Below are positions 16,433-24,973 of a stretch of DNA of 32,000 nt, piece after piece. Positions within the stretch are counted from its first letter, which is position 1, and the number at the start of each line of letters is the position of its first letter. The stretch is from Bifidobacterium longum subsp. longum JCM 1217 (lineage in GTDB: Bacteria; Actinomycetota; Actinomycetes; Actinomycetales; Bifidobacteriaceae): the NCBI RefSeq assembly GCF_000196555.1, contig NC_015067.1, positions 360,001 through 392,000 on the forward strand, given 5' to 3'. Both the position numbers and the translations under genes were made by a program. The notes below the pieces were generated by a model. That model did not search any database. It had not been told where the DNA came from and saw only the letters and a list, made by a program, of their open reading frames with translations.

Positions 16433-16459
16433 CGAAAGTGTTGTGAAAGGAACTTACGT

Positions 16460-17173
16460 ATGGGTATGAAAACTGTAGCTATTATTGGCGCATTGGATGA
16501 GGAAGTGGCGCTGATCGCCAAATCGCTCACGCATGTGACGCACACCGCCAAGGGCAGCCTTGACATCGTGTCCGGCACGGTCGACTCCTTCGGTTCTGAC
16601 GTCATCAAGGTTGCCGCAACGGTAGGCGGCATGGGACTGGTCAATGCGGCCGCCACCACGCAGCTGCTGATTGACGAGATTGCCCCGGACGCCGTGATTT
16701 TCAGCGGCATCGCCGGCAACCTCAACACCCACCTGTACATCAACGACGTGGTGCTCGGCGGCACCCTGCGCTACCTCGACACTGACATGCGGCTCGTAGG
16801 CCAGTGGAAGCCCGGCACTGCGGACGCTCCGGTGGAGGAATTCCACTCTGATGACCGTCTGCTGGAAGTCGCCGACGAGGCGCTTGCCAATGCGGGCATT
16901 ACCCACATCACCGGCATCATCGCCTCCGGCAACTACTTCGTGGACACGCCCCAAAAGGTCGAGGAGGTCATCCGACTCACCGGGGCTGACGCCGTGGAGA
17001 TGGAAGGCGCCGCCGTGGCACAGGTCGCCGCCCGCAATAACGTGCCGGCACTGGTGATTCGTGCCCTTTCCGACAACGCCGACACCGATTACGAGGTATT
17101 CAAGGAGTTCGACATCTCCGAATACGCCGATACCGCCGCCCGTCTGGCTGTCGACATCGTCAAGCGCCTGTAA
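16460..17173 (+). CDS. mtnN: 5'-methylthioadenosine/S-adenosylhomocysteine nucleosidase
   Basis: MKTVAIIGALDEEV, AVEMEGAAVAQVA, IRALSDNAD. I chose ATG 16460 after GAAAGGA. The track start 16340 would read through the repeat element. Confidence 0.9.
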   Translation: MGMKTVAIIGALDEEVALIAKSLTHVTHTAKGSLDIVSGTVDSFGSDVIKVAATVGGMGLVNAAATTQLLIDEIAPDAVIFSGIAGNLNTHLYINDVVLGGTLRYLDTDMRLVGQWKPGTADAPVEEFHSDDRLLEVADEALANAGITHITGIIASGNYFVDTPQKVEEVIRLTGADAVEMEGAAVAQVAARNNVPALVIRALSDNADTDYEVFKEFDISEYADTAARLAVDIVKRL

Positions 17174-17203
17174 CTGGTCACCTCCAAGTTCGGCGTTGCC
17201 GGT

Positions 17204-17293
17204 GTGGGCTGGTACATGGCCATCATGACTGCCCTCGCTCTGCTCGCTCTGTTCCTGATCAAGGAAAGCAAGGACAAGGACTACGAGCTGTAA
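17204..17293 (+). CDS. Possible small membrane peptide, or a remnant or extension in frame with mtnN
   Basis: Past the mtnN TAA (17171..17173) there are 39 sense codons in the same frame: LVTSKFGVAGVGWYMAIMTALALLALFLIKESKDKDYEL*. They have strongly coding-like GC3 and one clear TM helix plus a charged tail. Candidate starts are GTG 17204 and ATG 17216. There is no convincing RBS. The terminator follows this ORF, not mtnN. Confidence 0.25.
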   Translation: MGWYMAIMTALALLALFLIKESKDKDYEL

Positions 17294-17310
17294 ATAGAGC
17301 TCCCCATATT

Positions 17311-17338
17311 ATGCTCCCGCCAGCGGGAGCATTTTGTT
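17311..17338 (+). terminator. Rho-independent terminator
   Basis: atgctcccg (17311..17319), loop ccag, cgggagcat (17324..17332), then tttgtt. Confidence 0.7.
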
Positions 17339-17349
17339 ATGTCGTCCCG

Positions 17350-17371
17350 CCAAAAATGAACAATAGACGAA
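17350..17371 (+). promoter_or_regulatory. Two 11-nt-phased units (ccaaaaatgaa, caatagacgaa) ending in GAA followed by C, upstream of the sensor kinase
   Basis: Same unit architecture as the 871..991 array (xxxxxxxYGAA then C). Located 53-74 nt upstream of ATG 17424. Only two units, so statistically weak. Confidence 0.2.
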
Positions 17372-17423
17372 CTTACGTAGTTTAGGCATCTCACTACGCC
17401 TCGCACGTTTTACTCTGGAAATC

Positions 17424-18755
17424 ATGGATATCTGGCAGATCGTCGTGATTGTGGTGCTCGCCGCGCTGATACTGGTGTGGGTTGCCGTCATCGCCTACAA
17501 CAAAGGCCGCGTTTCAGGCCGGCTCGCCGCCGAACAGGACCTGTCCGGCGACGAGGATACGCATTCTCTATTCGGTGATGATGCGCCCGTGCGCCCCACC
17601 GAGCGTCGCCTGATTGAAGTCCTGCCCGAAGCCCTGATCGTCACCGACCGCAACGGTCTGGTCCAATATTCAAGCCCCGGCTCAGTGCCATTCGGCCTAG
17701 TCTCCGGCGACCGACTCAACTCGCGTGAAGTCGAGGACATCCTCACTCAGGCCGCCGCCGACGGTGGCATGCGTGAGCGTGAGGTTCAGCTGCCGGTCAA
17801 TCGCAATTCCTATCCGTCCTCTAATGGCCGAGGACTGGAGGCCGGCCAGTCACGCCCGTCCAACACGCTGTATTTGCGTGTGCGCATTGGCGATATCGGC
17901 GATGACCTGTACGCCATCTTCATCAACGACATGTCCGAGCAGCGCCGTTTCGAGGCCGTCCGCCGTGACTTTGTGACCAACGTTTCGCACGAACTCAAGA
18001 CTCCGGCCGGTGCCATCGCGCTACTGGCCGAAACCGTGACCGACGCCGCCGATGATCCGGACGCCGTACGGTATTTTTCCGGCCGTATCTCCAAGGAATC
18101 CGCGCGCCTGACCGAACTGGTGCATCATCTTATCGACTTGCAGAAAGCCCAAAGCCCGCAAAGCGTGATCGATGCGCGGCGCATTTCCGCGCTGGATGTG
18201 GCACGCGCCGCCATCGCCGCCAATCAGACCCAAGCCGACTCCCGCCATGTGGATATCCGACTGAGTGTCAACGGACAGTCAGTACCCACGAAGGTCGAGG
18301 AGCCGGCCGATGGCGAAGGTTCCTTGGAAGAATCAGGCAGCCCAGCCACGAACGGTCCGATGATCAAGGCCGACAAAGAGGCCATGCAAACCGCCGTCAA
18401 GAACCTCGTAGAGAACGCCATCCATTACTCGCCCGAACACACCACTGTGGCGGTCGGCGTGGGGGAGCGCGATGGCAAAGTCACCATTCGCGTGGTCGAT
18501 CAGGGCATCGGCATCCCCGCCAAATCGCTGGACCGCATTTTCGAGCGATTCTACCGGGTCGACCCGGCCCGTTCGCGCGAGACCGGCGGTTCGGGACTCG
18601 GCTTGGCCATCACCAAGCACTGCGTGCAGGAGAACGGCGGTCGGATTTCGGTCTGGTCGCGTACGGGGGAGGGGTCGACGTTCACCATCGAGCTGCCGGC
18701 CGCCCCGGATGAGGATGACGACGAGGCCCGGTCGGACGAGTCGACACAAGCGTAG
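17424..18755 (+). CDS. senX3: Sensor histidine kinase, SenX3/PhoR type
   Basis: N-terminal TM helix (IWQIVVIVVLAALILVWVAVIAY), a PAS-like segment, H-box FVTNVSHELKTP, DQGIGIP, and G2 box GGSGLGLAI. Confidence 0.9.
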   Translation: MDIWQIVVIVVLAALILVWVAVIAYNKGRVSGRLAAEQDLSGDEDTHSLFGDDAPVRPTERRLIEVLPEALIVTDRNGLVQYSSPGSVPFGLVSGDRLNSREVEDILTQAAADGGMREREVQLPVNRNSYPSSNGRGLEAGQSRPSNTLYLRVRIGDIGDDLYAIFINDMSEQRRFEAVRRDFVTNVSHELKTPAGAIALLAETVTDAADDPDAVRYFSGRISKESARLTELVHHLIDLQKAQSPQSVIDARRISALDVARAAIAANQTQADSRHVDIRLSVNGQSVPTKVEEPADGEGSLEESGSPATNGPMIKADKEAMQTAVKNLVENAIHYSPEHTTVAVGVGERDGKVTIRVVDQGIGIPAKSLDRIFERFYRVDPARSRETGGSGLGLAITKHCVQENGGRISVWSRTGEGSTFTIELPAAPDEDDDEARSDESTQA

Positions 18756-18953
18756 GGCCTTGGTTGGTGCCCGACATGGTGCCATTCCATTGCCACACAA
18801 TCACACAGTGGGCGAGGTGCGCACACCGCGCGTAGCCCAATTACGCAATTACGTACTTTCGGGAAACAGCAGGCTAACGGAGAACAAATGGTTACGATAA
18901 TGTCGGAAAACTTTGCGCCTATGCGCACGGGAACATACCCAAGAAAGGCTACT

Positions 18954-19658
18954 ATGACACGCATTCTTATCGTCGAAGACGAGGAATCCTATCGCGAGCC
19001 GCTGGTATACCAGCTCACACGCGAGGGGTACGACGTGTCCGCCGCCGCCACTGGCGAGGAAGGTCTGGAACTGTTCACCAAGGGCGGCATCGATTTGGTG
19101 CTGCTTGATTTGATGCTGCCGGGCATTGACGGCACTGCACTGTGCCGCCGCATTCGTGAGCAGAGCCGTGTGCCGATTATTATGCTCACCGCCAAGAGCG
19201 CCGAAATCGATAAGGTCGTTGGCCTTGAGATTGGTGCGGACGATTATGTGACCAAGCCGTACTCTTTCCGTGAGCTGCTGGCACGTATTCGTGCCGTGAT
19301 GCGTCGCAATCAGGCCACTGCCCAGGCTTCCGGCACTGTGGATGACGATATTCCGCTGGTGTGTGGCGATATCGCCATGCAGGTTGGCCAGCATCAGGTC
19401 ACCGTACGCGGCGAAACCGTGTTCTTCCCGCTCAAGGAATTCGAACTGCTCGAATACCTCATGCAGAACAAGGGCCGTGTGATGACGCGTCACCAGCTGA
19501 TCGACCGCATCTGGGGTTCGGATTATGTGGGCGACACCAAGACGCTCGACGTGCATGTCAAGCGCGTGCGCTCCAAGATCGAGGAAGATCCGGCGCACCC
19601 CAAGTATCTGACTACCGTGCGCGGTCTCGGATACAAGATCGATACTCCCGCGGAGTAA
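18954..19658 (+). CDS. regX3: OmpR/PhoB-family response regulator, RegX3/PhoP type
   Basis: MTRILIVEDEES..., DLVLLDLMLPGIDG, LTAKS, winged-helix DTKTLDVHVKRVRSKIE...TVRGLGYK. From memory it is collinear with mycobacterial RegX3. An alternative in-frame ATG at 18888 with a GGAG RBS would add 22 aa. Confidence 0.92.
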   Translation: MTRILIVEDEESYREPLVYQLTREGYDVSAAATGEEGLELFTKGGIDLVLLDLMLPGIDGTALCRRIREQSRVPIIMLTAKSAEIDKVVGLEIGADDYVTKPYSFRELLARIRAVMRRNQATAQASGTVDDDIPLVCGDIAMQVGQHQVTVRGETVFFPLKEFELLEYLMQNKGRVMTRHQLIDRIWGSDYVGDTKTLDVHVKRVRSKIEEDPAHPKYLTTVRGLGYKIDTPAE

Positions 19659-19662
19659 ATGG

Positions 19663-19690
19663 AAGGCGGCCTTCGGGTCGCCTTTTTTTG
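19663..19690 (+). terminator. Rho-independent terminator after the response regulator
   Basis: aaggcggcc, loop ttcg, ggtcgcctt (one G-U pair), followed by ttttttt. Confidence 0.85.
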
Positions 19691-19779
19691 TTGTGGATTG
19701 TGGGCTCGCTGTGGACTCGCCGCAGGCGAGCCCGCTCCAAAAACTACGTAGCCTCAACGTAGCCCACAAACATCCAAGT

Positions 19780-19801
19780 GTTCATCTTCTGTTTACTGAT
19801 T
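19780..19801 (+). promoter_or_regulatory. PHO-box-like pair of 11-nt direct repeats (gttcatcttct gtttactgatt) upstream of pstS
   Basis: Two GTTyAy-headed units lie exactly 11 nt apart, 107-128 nt upstream of the pstS ATG, next to a PhoB-family regulator gene. Based on resemblance only. Confidence 0.35.
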
Positions 19802-19907
19802 TCGGTTTTGGGCCCTTGAAACCACCAATACGCTTGTAGTTGTCATGAATTGACCGGGCAGCGCTGAGCCGCCCGCGAATAGTTGATAGAGGGATTAAGT
19901 AATAATC

Positions 19908-21041
19908 ATGCAGAAGAACATCCTCGTTCGCTCCATTGCCGCTCTGTCCGGCATTGTGATGCTCGCTTCCGTGGCCGCCTGCGGCGATAACACCGCCACC
20001 ACGACCGACAACAGCTCCTCCTCCGATTCCACTTCCAAGTCCACCCCGATCTCCGGCAACTTCTCGGGCGCCGGCGCCTCCTCTCAGCAGGCCGCTGTTG
20101 AAGCTTGGATCGCCGGCTTCCAGGGCACCAACCCTGAGGCCAAGATCGCCTACAACCCGTCCGGTTCCGGCGCTGGCGTGCAGACCTTCCTGACCGGTGC
20201 CACCGCTTGGGCCGGCTCCGACAAGGCCCTTGCCGATGACGAAGTTGAGCAGTCCAAGTCCGTGTGCACTGAAGGCACCGCCTTCGATGTCCCGGTCTAC
20301 ATCTCCCCGATCGCCGTGGTCTTCAACCTCAAGGGCGTTTCCGATGCCGGCAAGCACATCAACATGGACGCTGCCACCATCGCCAAGATCTTCGACGGCA
20401 AGATCACCAAGTGGAACGATCCGGCCATCGCCGATCAGAACAAGGACCTGAAGCTGCCCGACACCGCCATCACCGTGGTGCACCGCTCCGATAAGTCCGG
20501 CACCACCCAGAACTTCGTCTCCTACTTCAAGGACGTCACCCCTGACAACTGGACCTACGACCTCTCCGAGAACTGGCCGAACGAGGTTGGCCAGGGTGCC
20601 AAGGGCACTTCCGGCGTGATCTCCACCGTCAAGCAGGCCGACGGCACCATCGGCTACGCTGACTTCTCCCAGGTCGGCGACCTGGGCACCGTGGCCGTCA
20701 AGGTCGGCGACAAGTACAACGAGATTTCCGCCGAGGCCGGCTCCAAGGTCATTGGGGATTCCAAGCAGGACGACACCGTTAAGGGTGACAACCGCATCGT
20801 CATCAAGATCAACCACGCCACCGAGGCCGAGGGCGCCTACCCGATCGTCCTGGTCTCCTACGACATCGTCTGCCCGGCCTACAAGGACACCAAGCAGACT
20901 GAGTTCGCCAAGGCTTGGCTGACCTACGTGACCTCCGACGAGGGCCAGAAGGCCGCTCAGGATGCCGCCGGCACCGCTCCGCTGCCCTCCTCCCTGAAGT
21001 CCGAGATCACCAAGTCCATCGAGGCCATCAAGACCAAGTGA
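19908..21041 (+). CDS. pstS: Phosphate ABC transporter substrate-binding lipoprotein PstS
   Basis: Signal peptide with lipobox LASVAAC, GAGASSQQAA, RSDKSGTTQNF. Confidence 0.95.
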   Translation: MQKNILVRSIAALSGIVMLASVAACGDNTATTTDNSSSSDSTSKSTPISGNFSGAGASSQQAAVEAWIAGFQGTNPEAKIAYNPSGSGAGVQTFLTGATAWAGSDKALADDEVEQSKSVCTEGTAFDVPVYISPIAVVFNLKGVSDAGKHINMDAATIAKIFDGKITKWNDPAIADQNKDLKLPDTAITVVHRSDKSGTTQNFVSYFKDVTPDNWTYDLSENWPNEVGQGAKGTSGVISTVKQADGTIGYADFSQVGDLGTVAVKVGDKYNEISAEAGSKVIGDSKQDDTVKGDNRIVIKINHATEAEGAYPIVLVSYDIVCPAYKDTKQTEFAKAWLTYVTSDEGQKAAQDAAGTAPLPSSLKSEITKSIEAIKTK

Positions 21042-21122
21042 TGACGTCGGCCCGCAAGGGTCGTGTGGACTGGACCTGACAACTGAACGATAGACTGTAG
21101 TAGTAAGAGCAGTCGCCGCCAA

Positions 21123-21163
21123 CTTTAAGCCGCAGTCGTAAACCATACGGCTGCGGCTTAAAG
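21123..21163 (+). promoter_or_regulatory. 18-bp stem-loop inside the pstS-pstC spacer (intra-operon attenuator or transcript-stabiliser candidate)
   Basis: ctttaagccgcagtcgta (21123..21140), loop aacca, tacggctgcggcttaaag (21146..21163), one mismatch, no T-tract. Confidence 0.5.
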
Positions 21164-21251
21164 CGGGTCAGGACCCGAACGGTTTGGCAACGTCACAGAC
21201 GAAAACCGCACCACTTGAATACTTGATAACCACCCTATATAAGGAGAATCC

Positions 21252-22205
21252 GTGAGTTCGCAAGACAAAACGGCTGTGCAGCCAGTTGGTGGCAAGACCG
21301 CCGACAAGGTGTTTCGCGGTGTGGCATACGCCTGCGGCATCCTGATCCTGGTTGTACTTGCCGCTGTGTTCCTGTTCCTGTTCTTCCGCGCCTGGCCACT
21401 CATCGGTGGCGATCAGGCCGCCAACAGCCAGACCGTGTCCAGCTTTACCGGCGGCAAGGCCAGCAGCTTCTGGGGCTACGTGCTCCCGCTGTTGTTCGGT
21501 ACTGTGCTCGTGTCTTTGCTGGCACTGCTGATTGCCTTCTTCGTGTCCATCGGCATTGCGCTGTTCATTTCGCATTATGCACCTAAGAAGCTCGCCACCG
21601 CGCTGAGCTATGTGGTCGATTTGCTGGCTGCCATCCCGTCCGTTATCTACGGTTTGTGGGGCGGCCTGATTCTGGTGCCGGCCATCTACCCGTTCTGGAA
21701 CTGGGTTGCCAACCACCTGGGCTTCATTCCACTGTTCGAGGGCCCGGCCGCCAACCCGCCGCGCACCGTCGCCACCGTGGCTGTGGTGCTCGCCGTTATG
21801 ATTTTGCCGATTATCACCTCCATGTCCCGCGATATCTTCATGCAGACCCCACGCCTGCACGAAGAGGCCGCGCTGGCGCTCGGCGCCACCAAGTGGGAGA
21901 TGATTCGTCTGGCCGTGCTGCCCTTCGGCAAGTCCGGTATCGTGTCCGCCTCCATGCTGGCTCTCGGCCGCGCGCTTGGTGAGACGATGGCCGTGTTGAT
22001 GATCCTGTCCCCGGGCCTCAACTACTCCATCAAGCTGCTGCAGGCCTCGCAGAACCAGACCATCGCCGCGAATATTGCCGCACAGTACCCTGAAGCCAAC
22101 GATCTGGGCGTCTCCACGCTGATCGGAACTGGTCTGATTCTGTTCCTGATCACGTTCGTGGTCAACTTCATCGCCCGTAAGCTTACCGAGAAAGCGACTG
22201 CGTGA
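21252..22205 (+). CDS. pstC: Phosphate ABC transporter permease PstC
   Basis: GTG start after AAGGAG (21241..21246), multi-TM, EAA-loop-like EEAALALGATKWEMI. Confidence 0.93.
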   Translation: MSSQDKTAVQPVGGKTADKVFRGVAYACGILILVVLAAVFLFLFFRAWPLIGGDQAANSQTVSSFTGGKASSFWGYVLPLLFGTVLVSLLALLIAFFVSIGIALFISHYAPKKLATALSYVVDLLAAIPSVIYGLWGGLILVPAIYPFWNWVANHLGFIPLFEGPAANPPRTVATVAVVLAVMILPIITSMSRDIFMQTPRLHEEAALALGATKWEMIRLAVLPFGKSGIVSASMLALGRALGETMAVLMILSPGLNYSIKLLQASQNQTIAANIAAQYPEANDLGVSTLIGTGLILFLITFVVNFIARKLTEKATA

Positions 22206-23203
22206 TGACTGCTGCTGAGAACACTGAAAAGACTCCGATGGACGGCGCGCCCGAAATCGACTTCGATCGTTTCCGCCCGACCCGTTCCGCCATCCAGCGC
22301 CGTAATATCATGGACCACTTCATGTGGGTCCTGATCGCGGTGGCGTTTGTGATCGCCTGCATCCCGCTGATCTCCCTGCTGTGGACCACTATCGTCAACG
22401 GCATCAAGCGCCTGAACCTGAACTTCCTGAGCTACAACATGACCGGTGTGGTCGGTGGTAACCAGACCCCGTCCGGTGGTTACGGCGGTGTGCTGCACGC
22501 CATCATCGGTACTCTCGAAATCACCGCTGGCGCTATGGTTATCTCCATTCCGATCGGTTTGATGTGCGCCGTGTACCTGGTCGAATACTCGAACCGCGGC
22601 AAGCTCGCCACCACGGTCTCCCTGCTCGTCGACGTGATGAGCGGCATCCCGTCCATCGTGGCCGGCCTGTTCGCCTTCTCGATGTTCACGATTCTGCTGG
22701 GCCCCGGTACCATCAACGGTTTCGAAGGCTCCGTGGCTCTCTCCCTGCTGATGTTGCCCACCGTGGTCAAGTCCAGCGAGGAAATGCTCAAGATCGTGCC
22801 GAACGATTTGCGTGAGGCTTCCTTGGCTCTGGGCGTTACCAAGCAGCGCACGATTACCAAGATCGTGCTGCGCACCGCTCTGCCGGGCATCGTCTCCGGT
22901 GCCATTCTGGCCATCGCCCGCGTGATTGGTGAGACCGCACCGTTGCTGATGACCGCCGGCTATATCTCCAGCACCAACGTGAACCTGTTCTCCGGCCAGA
23001 TGACCACCCTGCCGGTGTTCGTCTACCAGGAGTACTCGAAGCTCAGCGCGAACTGCCCGCCCAACGCCGACGCCACCTGCGTGACCACGATTCCGATGGA
23101 ACGTGCGTGGGCTGCGGCTCTCGTGCTGATCGTCATCGTGCTGCTGCTGAACCTCATTGGCCGAATCGTGGCGAAGGTCTTCGCCGTCAAGACCGAGCGC
23201 TAA
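22205..23203 (+). CDS. pstA: Phosphate ABC transporter permease PstA
   Basis: ATG 22205 overlaps the pstC TGA (GTG 22202 is also possible). REASLALGVTKQRTI, multi-TM. Confidence 0.93.
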   Translation: MTAAENTEKTPMDGAPEIDFDRFRPTRSAIQRRNIMDHFMWVLIAVAFVIACIPLISLLWTTIVNGIKRLNLNFLSYNMTGVVGGNQTPSGGYGGVLHAIIGTLEITAGAMVISIPIGLMCAVYLVEYSNRGKLATTVSLLVDVMSGIPSIVAGLFAFSMFTILLGPGTINGFEGSVALSLLMLPTVVKSSEEMLKIVPNDLREASLALGVTKQRTITKIVLRTALPGIVSGAILAIARVIGETAPLLMTAGYISSTNVNLFSGQMTTLPVFVYQEYSKLSANCPPNADATCVTTIPMERAWAAALVLIVIVLLLNLIGRIVAKVFAVKTER

Positions 23204-23255
23204 GCCAGTCGCTAAGCCTAAGCCTTAAGAACACAAGGAAATATAAGGAAACATC

Positions 23256-24035
23256 ATGGGACAACGTATTGACGTCAACCACGAGAACATCTATTACGGC
23301 GACTTTCTGGCCGTGGAAGATGTGAACATCAACATCGAGCCGAACAAGGTCACCGCCTTCATCGGCCCGTCCGGCTGCGGCAAGTCCACCGTGCTGCGCA
23401 CCTTGGACCGTATGCACGAGATCATCCCCGGCGCTCACGTCGAGGGCGAGGTGCTGCTCGAAGGCAAGAACCTGTACGACAAGGACGTGGATCCGGTGGC
23501 CGTGCGCCGCGACGTCGGCATGGTCTTCCAGCGCCCGAACCCGTTCCCGACTATGTCCATCCGTGAGAACGTGCTGGCCGGTGTGCGCCTGAACAACCAC
23601 CACCTGGCCAAGTCCGACGCCGACGATCTGGTCGAGTGGGCTCTGCGCGGTGCCAACCTCTGGGAAGAGGTCAAGGATCGTCTTGACAACCCTGGCATCG
23701 GCTTGTCCGGTGGCCAGCAGCAGCGTCTGTGCATCGCCCGCGCCGTGGCCGTCCACCCGCAGGTGCTGCTCATGGATGAGCCCTGCTCCGCCTTGGACCC
23801 GATTTCGACCCTGGCTATCGAGGATCTGATCAACGAGCTCAAGAGCGACTACACCATCGTGATCGTGACCCACAACATGCAGCAGGCCGCCCGTATCGCC
23901 GACTACACCGCCTTCTTCAACCTGAAGGCAGTGGGTCAGCCCGGTCACCTCGAGTACTTCGCGGACACCATCACGATGTTCAACAACCCGCAAAACGAAG
24001 AAGCCGAGCGCTACATCTCTGGAAGGTTCGGCTGA
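23256..24035 (+). CDS. pstB: Phosphate ABC transporter ATP-binding protein PstB
   Basis: Walker [10 protein letters not shown], signature LSGGQQQRL, Walker [12 protein letters not shown]. Confidence 0.96.
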   Translation: MGQRIDVNHENIYYGDFLAVEDVNINIEPNKVTAFIGPSGCGKSTVLRTLDRMHEIIPGAHVEGEVLLEGKNLYDKDVDPVAVRRDVGMVFQRPNPFPTMSIRENVLAGVRLNNHHLAKSDADDLVEWALRGANLWEEVKDRLDNPGIGLSGGQQQRLCIARAVAVHPQVLLMDEPCSALDPISTLAIEDLINELKSDYTIVIVTHNMQQAARIADYTAFFNLKAVGQPGHLEYFADTITMFNNPQNEEAERYISGRFG

Positions 24036-24081
24036 TCGTTTCCTGCGCGCAGCGTAATGATTTGTGCGTAGGAGAAACGGC

Positions 24082-24105
24082 AAAGCCCGCCGCGAGGCGG
24101 GCTTT
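24082..24105 (+). terminator. Hairpin terminator candidate after pstB
   Basis: aaagcccgcc, loop gcga, ggcgggcttt. Weak T-tract (cgcatattc). Confidence 0.55.
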
Positions 24106-24331
24106 CGCATATTCAACGCGAGTATTGCCGAGTATTATCGTTCTCGCAACGGAGCGAGCTGGAATACTTTGTCGGACTGGGCGGCGACTTCCCGCTTCGG
24201 TCGATCGACGGGAGAACGGCGGGTAAAGCGGTACAAGACAAGTCCGCACGATGAATACTCTGTGATGAATCTTCTGTTTACGGTGCGAGTGTGGAAGAAT
24301 GGTCGCAGCAAGGTCCAGCAAAGGAGCATAG

Positions 24332-24910
24332 GTGAGTACTGGTCTGATCGTCAGCATCGTCGTTGTCGTTATTATCGTTGTCTTGATTGGTTGGGGCGTC
24401 AGCGCCTATAACAACCTGGTGACGCTGAAGAACCGTGTGAAGAACGGTTGGGCGCAAATCGACGTGCAGTTGAAGCAGCGCGCCGACCTCATCCCGAACC
24501 TGGTGAATACCGTCAAGGGGTACGCATCCCACGAGTCTGAAGTCTTCACTCAGGTGACCGCCGCCCGCGCCGGCGTAGTGGCTGCGGCCAGCAACCCGAG
24601 CACGACCACTGCTCAGCGCGCCGCCGCCGAAAACCAGCTGTCCCGCGCCCTGTTCAACCTGCAAGCCACGGCTGAGGCATATCCGCAGCTGCAAGCCAAC
24701 CAGAACTTCATGGATCTGCAGAACCAGCTCAAGGAACTGGAGAACAAGATCGCCTACGCCCGTCAGTTCTACAACGACGTGGTCCTGAAGCTCAACACCG
24801 CCATCGAAACCGTGCCGACGAACATCATCGCCGGTCTGTTCCACTTTGAGCAGGCGCAATACTTCGAGGCCGATGACGCTTCCCGTCAGGTGCCACAGGT
24901 CCAGTTCTGA
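24332..24910 (+). CDS. lemA: LemA family membrane protein
   Basis: N-terminal TM, then [43 protein letters not shown], typical of LemA. GTG start after AAAGGAG. Confidence 0.9.
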   Translation: MSTGLIVSIVVVVIIVVLIGWGVSAYNNLVTLKNRVKNGWAQIDVQLKQRADLIPNLVNTVKGYASHESEVFTQVTAARAGVVAAASNPSTTTAQRAAAENQLSRALFNLQATAEAYPQLQANQNFMDLQNQLKELENKIAYARQFYNDVVLKLNTAIETVPTNIIAGLFHFEQAQYFEADDASRQVPQVQF

Positions 24911-24917
24911 CCCGCTT

Positions 24918-24950
24918 CAGGCCCGTCCGGTAAGCCGCCGGCCGGGCCTG
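24918..24950 (+). other. Intercistronic GC-rich hairpin between lemA and the DUF2207 gene
   Basis: caggcccg-t-ccgg ... ccgg-c-cgggcctg, followed by tattgtctt. Confidence 0.35.
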
Positions 24951-24973
24951 TATTGTCTTAAGAGAGGGAAGAT

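Noticed and set aside
16340-16459. N-terminal extension of the nucleosidase ORF, and the 13778 start of DAHP synthase 1
   Set aside because: The nucleosidase extension is translated from the intergenic hairpin repeat element. Better ATG plus RBS combinations exist at 16460 and 13823.
16450-16460. Identical 11-mer gaacttacgta upstream of both mtnN (16450..16460) and the kinase (17369..17379), and other TACGTA-containing short matches
   Set aside because: By a rough estimate, exact 11-mer matches are expected many times by chance among all position pairs in a 32-kb window on both strands. This is not significant on its own.
18776-18835. 19-codon mini-ORF MVPFHCHTITQWARCAHRA in the kinase-regulator spacer as a real Cys/His peptide
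   Set aside because: There is no RBS, it is very short, and such ORFs are expected by chance. It is mentioned only as context for the long spacer.
21215-21243. Possible internal promoter (ttgaat ... tataag) just upstream of pstC
   Set aside because: The putative -10 would overlap the pstC RBS, leaving no leader. This is more likely a chance match.
24064-24411. 115-aa + ORF, plus 125-aa and 64-aa minus ORFs, in the pstB-lemA spacer
   Set aside because: They are Arg/Ser-rich and low-complexity. The + ORF runs out of frame into the lemA start. No RBS and no motifs.
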